From Plasmodiophora brassicae (taxonomy: Eukaryota), in NCBI GenBank assembly GCA_036867785.1, contig CP145416.1, positions 806,001 to 870,000 of the forward strand: a stretch of DNA of 64,000 nt, written 5' to 3'. Shown here piece by piece: positions 37,529-50,989 of this stretch (its first letter is position 1; each line of letters starts with the position of its first letter). The notes beneath the pieces were generated by a model, which ran no database searches, had not been told where the DNA came from, and saw only the letters and a program-made list of their open reading frames with translations. The position numbers and the translations under genes are program-made.

Positions 37529-37669
37529 ATCTTCAATGCACACACGTACTCTTCGCCGCTCCCCGCGTTCTGTGCTGATGGTGACTCGGGGCATCAACGG
37601 GATCGCAGTGGCCATCACTGCATGTTTGATAGTGCGATCACATGCCCTGTATTGTTGACGCCTGCTGGA

Positions 37670-38525
37670 CTAGACGTGTGCCGTGTAGTCCTCGGCGGTC
37701 GTCTCAAACGCAACGTTGGCTATGATGGCCAGCATGGGGTCATGCGTGTTTTCTTCGACGGCCGGCCCTGTATAGGCGCCCATGGACCTGGACGCCGACG
37801 CCAGCATCATCATCTTCGAGTGTTCCGCTGCCGATGGTACCACCGGCTGCACCGCTGCGCTCATGTCGTCCAAGTCCAGGTTGACGACCTCTTCCAGCTT
37901 CGACGCCAGCTGTGAGTCGAAAGCGAAGCTTAGCGGGGCGTGTTCCCCACCACCGCTCTTTGCCGTCGGCAAGACCGCATCGAGGTGCCCACAGAACCTC
38001 AGGTCGGCATCGTTCATCACCGTCATGTTGACGACCATATCCTCAATGGGCTCGTCAGGGAACACTGCGACCACGCCCATCGCTTTCTTCTCGGGGATCA
38101 CGACTACTGGAGGCGATTCCCCATCCGGCAGGTCGTGCGGCCCATGGTACAGGACCTGGGCCGTGTTGTTCTTGCGATGCTCTGCGAGATGCATGCTGAG
38201 GACTGCATAGGACGGGAACCGACGTGGGCAATGCTTGCACAGAAACGGGTCCTTCTCTGAGTGCGTTCGAATGTGCCTGTTCAGCGTCCCGCTCTGGGTG
38301 AACCTGGAACATCCCATGTGGTTAGGGCGCTGCCAGGTCGCACTGTTCGCGGGTGGGCCTTCACCGTTTATGACAGACTAAGCAGGTGAATGGTTTCTCG
38401 CCCGTGTGGATGCGGTTGTGTCGCGTCAGGGAGCCGGCCCAGTAGAATCGTTTACTGCAGAGCGTGCACTTGAATTGTTTCTCGGGTTTGGTGACGTCGC
38501 CGCCTTCGCCGCCGTTCGTCGGCAT
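37670..38525 (-). CDS. C2H2 zinc-finger transcription factor (3 fingers)
   Basis: [10 protein letters not shown]...[37 protein letters not shown] and C..C..RF...LSMHLAEH. Confidence 0.9.
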
Positions 38526-38844
38526 CGGTTGCGAGCTGTGCGACCCACGACCCACGACGACCGCCAGGGTTGTTTGTTGCCGCGGCCACAATGCCGCCCA
38601 GCCCGGCACCGTCCGAATGGACCCGACTCAGTGACTGCACCGATTGCAGCCTTCCCTCACATGGCTGCCCTGCATAGCTTCATGTAGGCACCGGTACGCG
38701 CGCTACGAACGTTCATCCGGAGATCCGGCTGCACGCAGTGTCGCACGTGCACGTAGACGCAATGCATCGTTGAATGAAGGCTGTATATAAGCGACGGGCA
38801 GGTGCGGCATCGTCTGAACCGCGCGCGTTAAAGAGCTAGTCGTG

Positions 38845-40926
38845 CTATTGGTAGATATCGGGGCACTCCTCGGGGCTAAACGGGCTGGCGTCAGAAGACA
38901 GCAAGGGTCGATGCGCAGGGCCAACCTTGGGATCATCGTGGCTAGGAACGCCATGAACTGCGGGAATGGGATGAACTCGTTGGCGTCCGCCATCGGGAGC
39001 CGCAGCACGTGGCCATTGTATATGATCCGTATAAAGTGGGCTTCAGGCGGCCTTCCAACACTATCAACACGTCGGTACAGTTCCAGGGATATGTACGAGG
39101 CACTGTCGGAACGGAGCGGACGTCAACGACTGCCGACCACGGATGCGGTCGTCTTACAAAGGCGCCCATGGGAACTGGTCATCGACACCAAAGGCGCTCA
39201 AGAGAAGCATGATCGGGCCCGTGTCATGGCCGCTGTACAGAGAGAACTTGGGAAGCGACCGCCCAAGAACCGCTTGCTGCAGGTGGCCATGGATCTCGCG
39301 CAGCAGTGGCCCAATCACCAAGCGACTACCGCTGACTCGGTCTGGGTACTGGATCATGCTGTAGACACGGAACCGATTCTGCCAACACAAGTCAGCATCA
39401 AATCGAGGACTGCGAACGCGTCCCGTTAACTGACGTCGAATTCGACGTCGGTGACGAGGTCGCGATCGACACCTTCTGGAACCGGATCGCCTCGGCACAG
39501 TGAAATAAACAGGCAGTCGAACTTGTTCTTCCCGTCCAACTCATTCGTAGGAATCCTCATGATCTCAGACAGCCTCCTACGTAGCGGTGCCGTAAACGTC
39601 TTCTCGTGTTCGACGAATGTCGTTGTGTGCTGCGCCTAAGCAAACATGTTGGTATTGTAGCCCAGAAACAGCAGATCACATATGGACCTACGTACCTTCT
39701 TGTATTGTTTGGCCACGCCTGGGCATTCGTGCGCGTTGACAACTTCAGTCTCCCTGTCCACATCCATTGTCCACAGGTTGACGATCTGGGTCGGTGGAGG
39801 GGAATCGGGCCCTTCGGGCGGAAACAGCCCGGTGAAGAAACTTTCCGCTGATAACACTAGAACTGGCGTGTCAAATCGGAGGAAACACTGAAGAGGGGGA
39901 CAGCCGCAGACCTGTTCGCGGGACGTCATCGCTGCGAAAATGCACCTGCGAATCACTGAGGACACGAGAAGAACGCACCAAGGTCAGCATGTGCTCCGGC
40001 GCACCTCGGAATTGTTCAGAACCGGGCTGATCAGCGTGCCGACATATCGTTCCCGGAAAAGACCACCTAGAACTTCCTCCTGGTGGTACCCATGCACGGT
40101 CAGCTGGCCTATGCGGCAATTGCCCTTGTAGTCGTTTCTGACGGCAAACGATCTGTCAGTTCACACGAGTCCCGTACCAGCGCCCAGCCCGTACCGATTC
40201 TTCATGAAACGCTTCCTGAAGATGCGATTCGGCGGCTTAAAACCCAGTGTCAAACACGAGACGCCGGCAGCACGGTCGCGCTCGTCGTACCGGAATGGAA
40301 GCATCCGTCATGTTCGTCCCCGGAATCGACATATGTGTCAATTCGCAACGATACGATATCGTGTCCTGCCCGGGCCAGCATTGCCTGCCCACGGCAATGA
40401 CCAGCCGGTTCAGTCAGGGCAATTTGGCGTCCTACGTTCGCTGATTGAAGAACCGCGCCCCGTGCCGAATGAACGCCTGGACCTGGACGATTTCCAGATC
40501 GGGACGATTCGGTGCGGGGATCTTGGGCAACGTCGCCTCATTTAGGGGATCCAGGCCACCTGATCCAGGGGGGTTCCAGTCTGCACCACTGACAGGCGGC
40601 GAGCAACGCTACGTACAGTACGGCAACGATTTCAGCTCGGGCAACGTGACGAACCTGGGCGGCCGCTGATCCGCCTGCAGTGCTCGGTCAGTCAGCCGAG
40701 GCAATGCCCACCTGTCGTATGCCCGTACCATTTCGGCCTCATCGTCGCCGCCGGGCGATCCTACCCGGGTCGGTCGGACGAGGAGCAGCAGCGTGACCAG
40801 CGTCACCCCGGCCAGGATCGCGACCACGTGCCGTCGCCTGGCGGCATCGTTCCAGTACGCGCCCCGTCGTCGGGATCGCTGCAACAGGATCGGCGACCAG
40901 GCCCGGTCGTCATCATCATCGATCAT
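38845..40926 (-). CDS. Type II membrane histidine acid phosphatase, paralog A
   Basis: N-terminal [24 protein letters not shown] and SGHDTGP. Confidence 0.88.
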
Positions 40927-41255
40927 CGGCAATCGCGTCGGGCGGGGGCGACGATCACGCGCCGGGTGGAGCGACACGCGACCCGCTCTGCCAAATTGCA
41001 GCGCCGCGTCACCTGTGACGACGTGGCAGCGACTGGCGAACCCCATTTTGCCCTCCAGGGGCGCTTTGCGCTCGAATCTGCAGACGACCGTGCGGGAGAC
41101 AGGCCACCGCGCAGTCAACGCCGCGACACAGGCGCAGGCACATCGTCAGCAGTTCGCGTTGTGTGCCCCGTCGATTGCGGACCGTCTGTCGTCGACTCAA
41201 CGCACGCCGTCGGATTGGACAATAGGCAATTATGCATGTTATATTGATGGGCGAC

Positions 41256-43474
41256 CTAAACAGTCAGGACGAACTCGCTGATCATCTGTTTGAGCTTGTC
41301 GATGCAGATCGGTTTCGTCAAGTACTCGTTCATGCCGACCCGGATGCAGCGTTCCCGGTCGCCCTTGATGGCGCTGGCCGTCAGCGCGATGATGGGCAGC
41401 GCCTGACGGTGCGGGATCTGGGTCCGGATGACCTTGGTCGCTTCGTACCCGTCCATGATGGGCATCTGGCAGTCCATGAACACCATGTCAAACGGGTCCG
41501 CGCCTTTCAGCTTCTCCACAGCCTGAGCCCCGTCTGTTGCGATCTCGACGCTGTGACCCAGCTTCTGCAAGATACGCTGAAGGATCATCCGGTTGATGTC
41601 GTTGTCCTCGACCACAAGCATGCGCAACGGCGGCGCCGGTGTACCATTCGGCGCATTGCGCTCCGCTTGCGGAACCTGTTCGCCACCGCCCGCATGTCCA
41701 CATTCCAACCCGGCGGACGCCTCCCGTTGGACACTGGACCCGCCGACGCCTTCGCTGGCGCGCAGGAACGCGAACGTGACGACGAACGTCGACCCTCGGC
41801 CTTCCTCGGATGCGGCAGAGATCGTCCCACCCAGCATATCGACCAGCTTACGACAGATGGCAAGCCCTAGGCCCGTGCCGCCATACCGACGCGTGGTGCT
41901 CTGGTCGGCCTGGTAGAAGTTCGTGAACAGTTCGTCCATGGCGTTCTTGGGCATGCCGATGCCGGTGTCGGACACGGTTAGGCGAACCGTGACCGTGCTG
42001 GACGACGACGATAACTCTGGCTGGGCTACCGATGGTGGCAGCACGGCTCTAACGCCATCAACGGGATCGATGACCTCGAGCTTGATCGTGATGTCACCAC
42101 CGTCCCCGGTGAACTTGAACGCGTTATCGCAGATGTTCAGCAGGGCCTGACGAACTTTGACCTCGTCGGAGACGACGACAACGGGGGTCTTCGGGCAGAC
42201 CACGTTGAACGAGATGTCGCAGTCGGTGGCGCGACAGTCGAACAGGGAACGATGCTTGCAGACCAGGTCGCACAGGTCGAACTCGACGAACTCGATTTCG
42301 GCCTTGCCCGCTTCGATCTTGGAGAAATCGAGGACGTTGTTCAGGATGCCCATCAGCATACGAGACGAGTCCATCATCATCTTCAGGTACAGACGTTGCT
42401 CGTGACACAGGTTGGTCGTCGCCAACAGATTCATAGTCGAGACTACGACAGTCAGTTTCGTTGCCGGTGCGATGTCCAAATAAGTGCATACTTACTGATA
42501 CCGTTCATGGGCGTTCGGATCTCGTGGCTCATGTTGGCCAGGAACACCGACTTGAGACGCGACGACTCCAGTGCGATCTGGCTGGACTTGATCAGACTGG
42601 CCATCTCGAGCTTGTCGGTGATGTCTGTGATGGACGCCAGGATCAGCATCTCGCCCTCGCTGCTCCCGTTGATGACGTTCAGACCGATGGCGATGGCGAA
42701 CTCGGTGCCGTCCTTCTTCAGGCCGTACAGGGTTCGCTCGCCCTTGCCCATGGGCCTGGTGGCCGGATCCCGCATGAACATGGCCATGTGCTGGGCGTGA
42801 TGCTTCCGGTATCGTTCCGGGATGACCATGTTCAGGTGCTCACCGATCATCTCCGTCCGTGTGAACCGGAACAGCGCCTCCGTCTTCGAATTGACCAGGA
42901 CTATCCGCATCTTGCCGTCCACCATGATCATGGCCGTCGGCGACGCCTCGACGGCGATCCGGAACATTCGTTCGGCGCGCTTCCGCTCAGTGATGTCCGC
43001 GATGATGGCCGCCGTGAAGGCATTGTCGGCGATCTTCATCGGGCTCAGGCTGATCTCCAGCGGGATCTCGTAACCATCCTTCCTGACGCCGTACAGGTCA
43101 CGTCCGACGCCCATCGGCCGGCAGCAAGGGTTCGTCATAAACTCGACGACGCGTTTACAGTGCGAATCGGCGTAGCGATTAGGGATCAGCGTGCCGACGT
43201 TCTTCCCGATCAGCTCCGCTCGCTGGTACTGGAACATGTCCTCAGCTTTATCGTTGACGAGCACGATGTCGCCGAATTTGTCGACGATGACCATGGCGTT
43301 GGACGACGCTTCGAAGATCTGCCCGATGGCCAAGCACGCCGACGAGTAGCGCTTCAGCTTGCCGGTTTCGATGAGGCCGTCGCGCTCGACAGGGTCGCTG
43401 GACGCATGGAACTGAGCCCGCTGCGTCGGTGTCAAGTAGGAGCTAATCTTCGAGAACTTGGCGCAGTACGCCAT
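41256..43474 (-). CDS. Hybrid histidine kinase: PAS-PAS-HisKA-HATPase-REC
   Basis: FLANMSHEIRTPMNG, NAFKFT, DTGIGM, GGTGLGL and a receiver (VEDN, FMDCQMP.MDG, KP). One intron at ~42444-42496. The 5' end is uncertain. Confidence 0.93.
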
Positions 43475-44013
43475 CGACTGCCGTCAAGGGCAACTGCAAA
43501 CTGGCGGTGAGCCGTCTGGACCGGAGAAACGCCGTATAGTCGTCCGCACCGACCCGCGCAATCCGCGCACGGAGAGGGCTGATATAGCCCCTCGCTGGCA
43601 ACACAAACCCCGATCCGCGGCACTGTTTGGAGATTGAACGGCCACCAACCATCGCCACGTGCGGAACGGGACGCAAACAGCAGGTAAAGTCGGGGCAGGC
43701 AACAGCGACGGCCGTCTCCCGGACAGTTGTGTGTCCGCAATACCAATTCACCGCAGCGCCAGCGATCAGCACCGTCCGGATCGGGGTCGGAAACCAGGCC
43801 GTCAGGCGCTGTGGTTGAGTCTGCGTACACCCTGCGTGAAACCGATCCGGTTAACGTTGCCCGTCGCGTCTACGCACCCACGTACCTATGGTACACCGGC
43901 CGTCGCTGACTGCGGCTAGGTAAGCATAGCGCACCGTGCCCGTCCCATTCCTGATGTCATTGAAGGCTTTGCCGTAACAGCTCTTGGATGAGTTGGATGC
44001 TTCGGCTAGCGTT

Positions 44014-44161
44014 GACTTTCCCACGCGCTGCCTTGAAACGTCCTGAAGCCTTTGATGACGGCTGCTAATGTCCTCGTGGCCTGGAATTCTACAGAAGGAG
44101 CATGACGTCGTCATCGGAAAAGGGCTTCAGAACGTTTCGAGGCAGATCATGGGAAAGAGTC
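44014..44161. repeat. Imperfect intergenic inverted repeat (long stem-loop)
   Basis: GACTTTCCC..CTGCCTTGAAACGTCCTGAAGCCTTT..GATGACG pairs with CGTCATC..AAAGGGCTTCAGAACGTTTCGAGGCAG..GGGAAAGAGTC. Confidence 0.7.
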
Positions 44162-44392
44162 TAAGGCGTCCACCACGTCCAACAGGTTATGGGCTTGGTA
44201 GCCGAGCAGATGCCGTGTGGGGCTTCACCGGGAACTTTCGGGGTACCTGGAAGGCGTCCAGCAGCGGTTCTCACTGGTGGCCTTACGGTAGCCTGCTCGT
44301 ACTTTCAACGGAGAAGCGTTACGTGGCTTTTGATTACATAGGTAGACATTCCGGTTAACGCGTGTGTATTAATGGAGCGCAGGACAGCCGTT

Positions 44393-46440
44393 TCACGTGT
44401 GAAAGTATGGGTCAGGGCATTCGTCGTGACTAAACCGGAAGCGTTATTAAGTAGCGACAACCGCCAGCAGACGCAGCGGCACCTTGGAATCATGGGCTGC
44501 ACCATAGCGGCAAGATCGTCGTAGCTGACTGCGTTGCCATTCAGGGAGGTCAGCGGTAATGGCAAGGCCTTGCCGTTGTAAACCATTCGCACAAGGTGTT
44601 GCGGTCCGATGCTTGATTTCGATCGGTACAGTTCTAGGGATATGTACGAGGAACTGTCATCCAAGTCAGTAACGGTAGGACGTAAATACACAATGCTTAC
44701 TATGGAGCCCAATATGGGTCAATCGTGTCCACGCCGAACGCACTCAGCAGAAGCATTATTGGCCCCGTGTCATGACCACTGTACAGCGTGAACTTCGGAT
44801 CAGAGGTCGACACACCCTTAACGGTGCGTTCCATTCGCGCCAGTATCTCCCGGAGCAATGGCCCGAATGCCAGTTTTCCGCCGTTGACGCGATCGGGGAA
44901 CTGAATGGGGTAGTAAAACCTGTAGCGCGCCTTGGCATTTCGGGTCAGGTATTAGCAACCACCAGAGCGCCCTCAGCGACTACCTCAGCCTCAAGTTCCT
45001 TGACTAAATCAGCGTCAACGAGCTCTGGAACAAGCTCGCCTCGACACAGAGATACCATCAGGCAGTCAAACGCGTTGTCGCTCACCTGCGAAACTGGTAC
45101 GCCGAACACGCGAGACAGTTTCTCTCGAAGAGGCGTCGAAACTGTTCGTAAATGCTCTTGATAGGGACCTGAAGCTTGTGCCTGTTAACTCAGTTGGATA
45201 AAGTGCAATCGGTCATGGCAATTATAGGGTTCGGACCTGCTGAAACTGCTGCAACAGACCAGGGCAACAATGAGCATTGGATATCTCCGTTTCTCGATCG
45301 AAGTCCATGCTCCATATCGGAACAATCCGGGTTGAACCCGGTGCACGACCGTTCTCAGGGAACATCCCGGAGATAACGCTTTCTGCAGACAGAACTACCA
45401 CAGGCTTTGGGTGAGTTTGATCCTTTGGCATGATGCCATCTTGCAAACATACCAGTCCGAGGGACGTCGTCAGATCGGAAATACACCTACGATAGGCCCG
45501 CAAACATTTAACATCCGCCAACTGTCCTGCTCGTCGACGTACCTCGTCGAGATTGAGATCCGGATTGAGCAAACGACCGACATACGCTGACTTGAAGATG
45601 GTTCCGAGCGTAAATTCCATGTCGTGCCCTTTGAGGGTAAGTTGCCCGACGCGGCAGTTCCCTTCAAAATCGTTCCTGCACGATGACTAAGGTTACGAAC
45701 TAAAACATGGCATCTTGGATCTAGAGGCCAAAACCTGTTCTTCATGTACTGGACGCGGTAAATTTGACCTGGAGCCTGGAAATTGGTCAGACGCAATGCC
45801 CGCTGGCATTTCCGGGATCATACAGGCATGGAGACGAGCGACTCATTTATCCCCGGCATGGACAGGTGAGTCAGACTGCAACTATAGGAAATGTTCTCCT
45901 GGCCCGGCCAACATTTGCTAACAACAGAATTAGAACACGTTCATAATCATCGACCTGGTAGGTAGTCGAACTCTCCAGTATCGAAGAACCGGTCCCCATG
46001 ACGAATGAAGGCCTGGACGAGAACCAGCTCGAAATTTTGATCATCCAGGAGCTGGGGTATGCCAGGATACGTCGAAGGTTTAGCGGGGTCAAGGCCGCCT
46101 ATTGAGTGTGGTCAGAATGATCAAAGCCAAAGGCACACCGCAGCGATGTTACAGTAATGCAGGCCCATCAGTTCCGGCTTTCGAACGAGACTCGGCGGTA
46201 AAAAGACCTGAGGCATGCCAAGCGCGATATGAGACCGTACCCGCCACAAGCACGATCGCCAGGCACCGTTGCGTCAACAGAGCGCGTCCTTTCAGAGAGC
46301 ACCACCGCCAGCACGATGACAGATACGAACACAATACCGACACCGATCGCAGCGGCCCTCTTGCTCGTCAGGCACGAGCGCCAGCCCGACCCGTCACGTG
46401 GCCCCATGTCCTCATGCAGTATCGGGATCTGCTCAAACAT
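44393..46440 (-). CDS. Type II membrane histidine acid phosphatase, paralog B
   Basis: N-terminal [24 protein letters not shown] and [18 protein letters not shown]. The 3' exon layout matches paralog A. Confidence 0.88.
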
Positions 46441-46693
46441 ACCGCTTCAAGGAAGGGCAACAAAAGACCAAATCGCCCCCCCCCCCCCCCCCCCACGCCG
46501 TCGCTCTACACGGCGGCCACACTTGGGACGGGGCCGCGTCCACGTCGCCATTTGGGGGAACCCGCGGCAGTTCCTCGGGCGGGGGGAATACGGGGGCCCG
46601 CTTCCAAAAAATCGATGGCCAACGCCAGCCGGGTTGGTCGCTGCGTTTTGCCATTCCTGTCGGCGGCCCGCGTCCCGTTCACGTTTCGTGATC

Positions 46694-47154
46694 ATGCAGC
46701 AGCAGGTCCGGGCCAGCCACATTCTCATCAAGCACGCCGGGAGCCGCCGGCTCGGGTCATGGAAGGACCCGGACGGCGTAGACATTCGCAAGCGGACGAA
46801 GGAGGCAGCGGTGCGTCTGTCGACGTTCGCGAACCGCTGTGCCGCGGTCTGATACATAGCGGAGCAGGTCGCGGAGATCGAGCGCCTGCGGAACGATATT
46901 GTCACTGGTGTGGCAGATTTCGGCAGCATTGCCAGCAAAGTCTCAGATTGCGGGTGCGCTCAGCGTGCGCTCGATTCACATGCTTCTCAGTGCCGCTGAG
47001 TAGGTCTGCGAAAAATCAAGGCGATCTGGGGGAGTTCCGCCGCGGCCAGATGCAGAAGCCGTTCGAGGATGCTGCGTTCGCGTTGCAGGTCGGGCAGATC
47101 AGTGATGTCGTCAGCACTGACAGCGGTGTCCACATCATTAAGCGTACGGCCTGA
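46694..47154 (+). CDS. PIN1: Pin1-type parvulin PPIase without a WW domain
   Basis: [23 protein letters not shown]...[20 protein letters not shown] and [10 protein letters not shown], with two introns. Confidence 0.92.
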
Positions 47155-47210
47155 CTTGGACTCGATACGTAAAGGCCAACCCGCTTTATTGGGCTAAGGG
47201 GACAGATCAA

Positions 47211-50200
47211 TTACTCGGGACGTGCGGTAGGCATGATGGCGATCGTATGCGGGTCCAGCTGTGAGCTCTTACGTATACCGGCGGCAATGATGGTTGGCTT
47301 TCGCAGCAATACAATGTTGTCGGCGAGCTTGACAACTGGTCCAGATCGGGCCATTGTCATGATGATGACGACGACAATGACGACAGTGAAGATGAGATTG
47401 AACACATCGAATAGCGCTCTGGGCTGCGACCAACTCGGTTCTAAACCGACTGGGCTGTTGTAGAAGAACCTATCGGAAATCGTCAGCCGCGCGTCAAGAA
47501 CAAACCTGATCGAGCCTACGCCAACGTCAGCTGGCCAATCGCCAGAAACGATACGAACGCATCCGTGGTGTTGTCCAGCCAGTTCAGGAACGGTCGATGA
47601 ACGATCTTCAGCCCGCAGATGATCATTTGGATCAGAATGCCTAGGAATACCCGCTGGGATGAATCTTCCACGGTGAACGGGACGAGCAGGACGATGGCCA
47701 TAGCATGAACCATGCTGATGAAGTTCCAGTACCACATTTCTCTCCTGTACGACCGCGTGTACGCGGCGAACGGCATGTAGGCACCAAGGCGCGCGTTCCT
47801 CTGGGCAGCAGGAATCTGCAATGCGACATAGACCGGGATGGCAATCAGCAGGACGGCCAGGAACACACACGCGACTGGCAAAAAATGGGTCGTCCAGTAC
47901 GAATCGTAACATAGCACTGAAGGCGCAATCAGTAGGAAGCGCCTACCGTCGACCTCGGGCGTGCACTCGAACACCTGAAACACGTGACGCGCTACAACAC
48001 AACATATTGGTAAGTACATATAGCAGCATCATGCAACTAACAACAGAACAGGCCGTACCGATCATTGGGAAGCTGAGGGTCGTCACCGCAGCGATGCTTT
48101 CACAGGCCTCGTACCAGGAGATCTTCAGGTAACCCGGGAGCGACACGATGCGGTCGAGAATGGAGGAGACTGCGAAGAAGAAGATTGAACAGCACCAGAA
48201 GAACGGGATTAGCAGGAACTCGGCCAGCCATTCTTGGAAATCCGAGATGCCCATGGCGCACATGAACGACACAATGGACACGTCGATGCTGAAGGCCCGG
48301 AATATGGTGAACGCCTCGGTAGTGGGCGACGGCCATCGCGTCGAGAAGGTCGGATACAACGCGAACACCTGGGCAGCACTGTACGCGATGTGTAACCCGG
48401 CGTTAGGAGCGGATTTCTGGGCGAACCGAAGATACATCACGACAAGAACGGAGACGGCGATCCCAGCGCCAACCAGCAGCAGCGCTAACACTAGATTTGC
48501 ATTTCCTTGAGAAGGGCATTCTGTAGGAGCCGGGATCAGTAACGATTAGGCGATGATTTTCTGGACACGGGTGCATACGGGAGCAATTGCCCGATCTGCC
48601 CCTGGCCGCGCCGGGTGCGCACGTGCCACAGTTCAGCCCAGTATAGTTCGGGTTGCACATTTGGGACGCGTTGCCGCTCAGTGCCTCAGTGCTGTCAGGC
48701 TCGACGGCGCACGCAGATGCGGGTATGCACTGGAAGAAGACGGCCGCGTCCCATGGCGAGCGAACGTAGCCGGGCCTGTTGATCATCAGGTCACCTCCGG
48801 AGCAGTACCCTCCATTGCTGCAGGGGGTGCACTGGCCACCGTTGCTCCTACAGAATGCGTCAGACAGAGCTGGACGGTGGCACGCAACGACACTGGTGCC
48901 ACCCACCCATAGTATCCGGCGATGCATTGACACTGGGTTACGTTGACGGCGCCGGCAAAGTACGTTCGCGCATTGGTCGGGCACGCTAAACACTGAGCGG
49001 TAGCAACGCGGTCGCTGTACCACCCGTCCTGGCACTCCTGGCAACGACCCGTGTGCACGTTCGCGGCCGTCCCCGGAGGGCAGGGTTTGCACTGGTTGGT
49101 GATCGGGTCGACGACCCATCCGGATTGGCACTGCACCGTTAGCAACGTGCTGCCTTGGGCGGCATACGTCCCACGACGAACGGCGTACTGCGACGCTTTC
49201 AGCACCTGCGCGTAGCGGAAGAACCCGGTCAACGTGTCGACGACCGTGGCGATGTTGTCGATGAAGTCGTATCCGTAGACGGGGAACAACGCGTACTCGT
49301 CGCCGCCCAGGCGCATATACGAATTCGTCGCGACCGTATAGACGCGGTTGATGTCGAACGGCACCCAGGCGGTCTGCGCAACGTCCATGACCTCGATCGC
49401 CGTGATCCGCCCGTTGGTGTTCCCGTTCGGCATGTTGGGCAGCCACTGCCATCGTAGGCCCGCCACCTGGGGGAATGCTCCGCGCAAGACGAGCTTCGTC
49501 GCGCGCTGTAACGTCAGCAGCAGGTGGACGCCGTCGATCTTGAACACGGAGACCGTGTCTGCAAACGGGCAAATCTGCGCCCGGGCCACTGTCAGCGGGG
49601 TGCAGTTCCATCAGTCTCCAGCCGTAGAACTTGTACCTTTTGCGTCTGGTAGTGCGTGATGTTGCCGGCCGGGACGGTACCGCGGATCGCGCCCCAGTTG
49701 ACGATGGCGATGGTGGCGCCGTATGCCGACCCGATGTGCAGATACGCGTCGGCGACGATGTCGCCCGTGGAACTGCTGTTGATGGGCGCCTTGCTCGAGT
49801 ATTCGCCGCTGGATGAGAATTCTGATATGCCGTCGATCGCCTGGTTCTGCGCGGTCATGATGTTCTGTTTGATGGCAAGGAACGCATCCGTTTCCGGATC
49901 GTTTGGAACGTACTTGTCCAACGTGATCTCTCTGCTTGATGACGAGACGAGCTTGCGCTTCGAATCAAGCTTCAGATCGATGCGTAGGATCGAGACGCCG
50001 TCTGGGCAGTCGATGCAGCCGAAGGCGTTGTCAATTGGCGTCGCCATCGTCACCGGGTATGACAGAATGTTCAGGTCGACAAAGTGGGCGTATTTGGCAA
50101 GTGTCGCCTCCAGGCTTTGCATGAATGCCATAGCATTTGGGCCCTGAACGTCCGACTGGGCAATACCGTTCGTCAGGACAACGATAATATCAGCACCCGC

Positions 50201-50989
50201 AGCGCGAGCTTCGCCGATGGCCTCCCCCAGGTACGCGTCCGAAGGCGCCAGCCCGAATAGGTCTGTAAAGGTGGGCCCAACTGCCGGCGGCATGAATGAC
50301 CCCGTGCTGGACATGATCGCGACCTTGACTCCGTTCGGCAGTGTCCGAATTGTGTAACGCTGGAACGCAGCACCGCCTGTCGACAAGCGGATCATGTTCG
50401 TGGACAGTATCGGCACACGCGACATGGCATTGAAGAGGTCCAGCTCGCTCGTCGTTGTGGAACCGTACATGAAATCCAGTGCGCCTGGCGTTATACCTAC
50501 TGGGCCGTTAGGTGCTTGTATGGCACCCGGACGCAGTTTGCCCGACCCGTGAAGTTGAACATTTGCATGAAGAAGGTTTCGATCTGGCCCCGGAACAGAC
50601 TGTACGACGGGTCAATGCAGAGCGCATTGCCCCCATCGACGAAGATCGCGTTCCCCGACGTATTCGCCAGGATCTCCTTATAGACGGTTGCTCGACGCGA
50701 TATGCCACCCAGGCCTGGTTTGTCGAGACAATCAGTATGGCCCACCCCGCTGATGTGGAAGGGCTAACAAGTGTTGGATGCTACGTCGGCGCTCGTGCAC
50801 GGGTTGCCCTTGGCGTTGAACGGCCATGTACGCGCCGACGTCCTCCTATTTGCTTGGTGAATCAGTAGTCTCAAGTCGAACCAATGATGCAACGCACGTT
50901 TGGTAGGCGATCGAAACGTTGAAGCCATCCGGTAGTCCTGCAGCCACTGTGGCCAGCAAGGTGCCCACGAGGAGGGCACAGATCATCAT
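47211..50989 (-). CDS. Receptor-like protein copy 1: signal peptide + pseudo-5'-nucleotidase + Cys-rich repeats + ~8-9 TM domain
   Basis: Signal peptide MMICALLVGTLLATVAAG. Nucleotidase motifs CLGGISRR, PILSTN, GDIVADAY, VNWGAIRG, PFAD, FPQVAGL and YTVATNSYM.LGGD. C..C..G repeats and CNPNYTGLNCGTC precede the multi-TM C-terminus. Confidence 0.85.

Noticed and set aside
41232-43510. Long plus-strand ORFs opposite the histidine kinase, and similar shadow ORFs elsewhere
   Set aside because: They are antisense shadows caused by high GC3 codon bias.
44010-44270. RNase MRP/P or SRP RNA
   Set aside because: GGGAAAGTC and GGGGCTT lie on opposite strands and cannot form P4, and there is no convincing SRP helix-8 motif.
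46102-47154. 350-aa ORF as a long Pin1 with an N-terminal extension
   Set aside because: It is a chance open frame through the promoter and introns, and the spliced model from 46694 gives a canonical parvulin.
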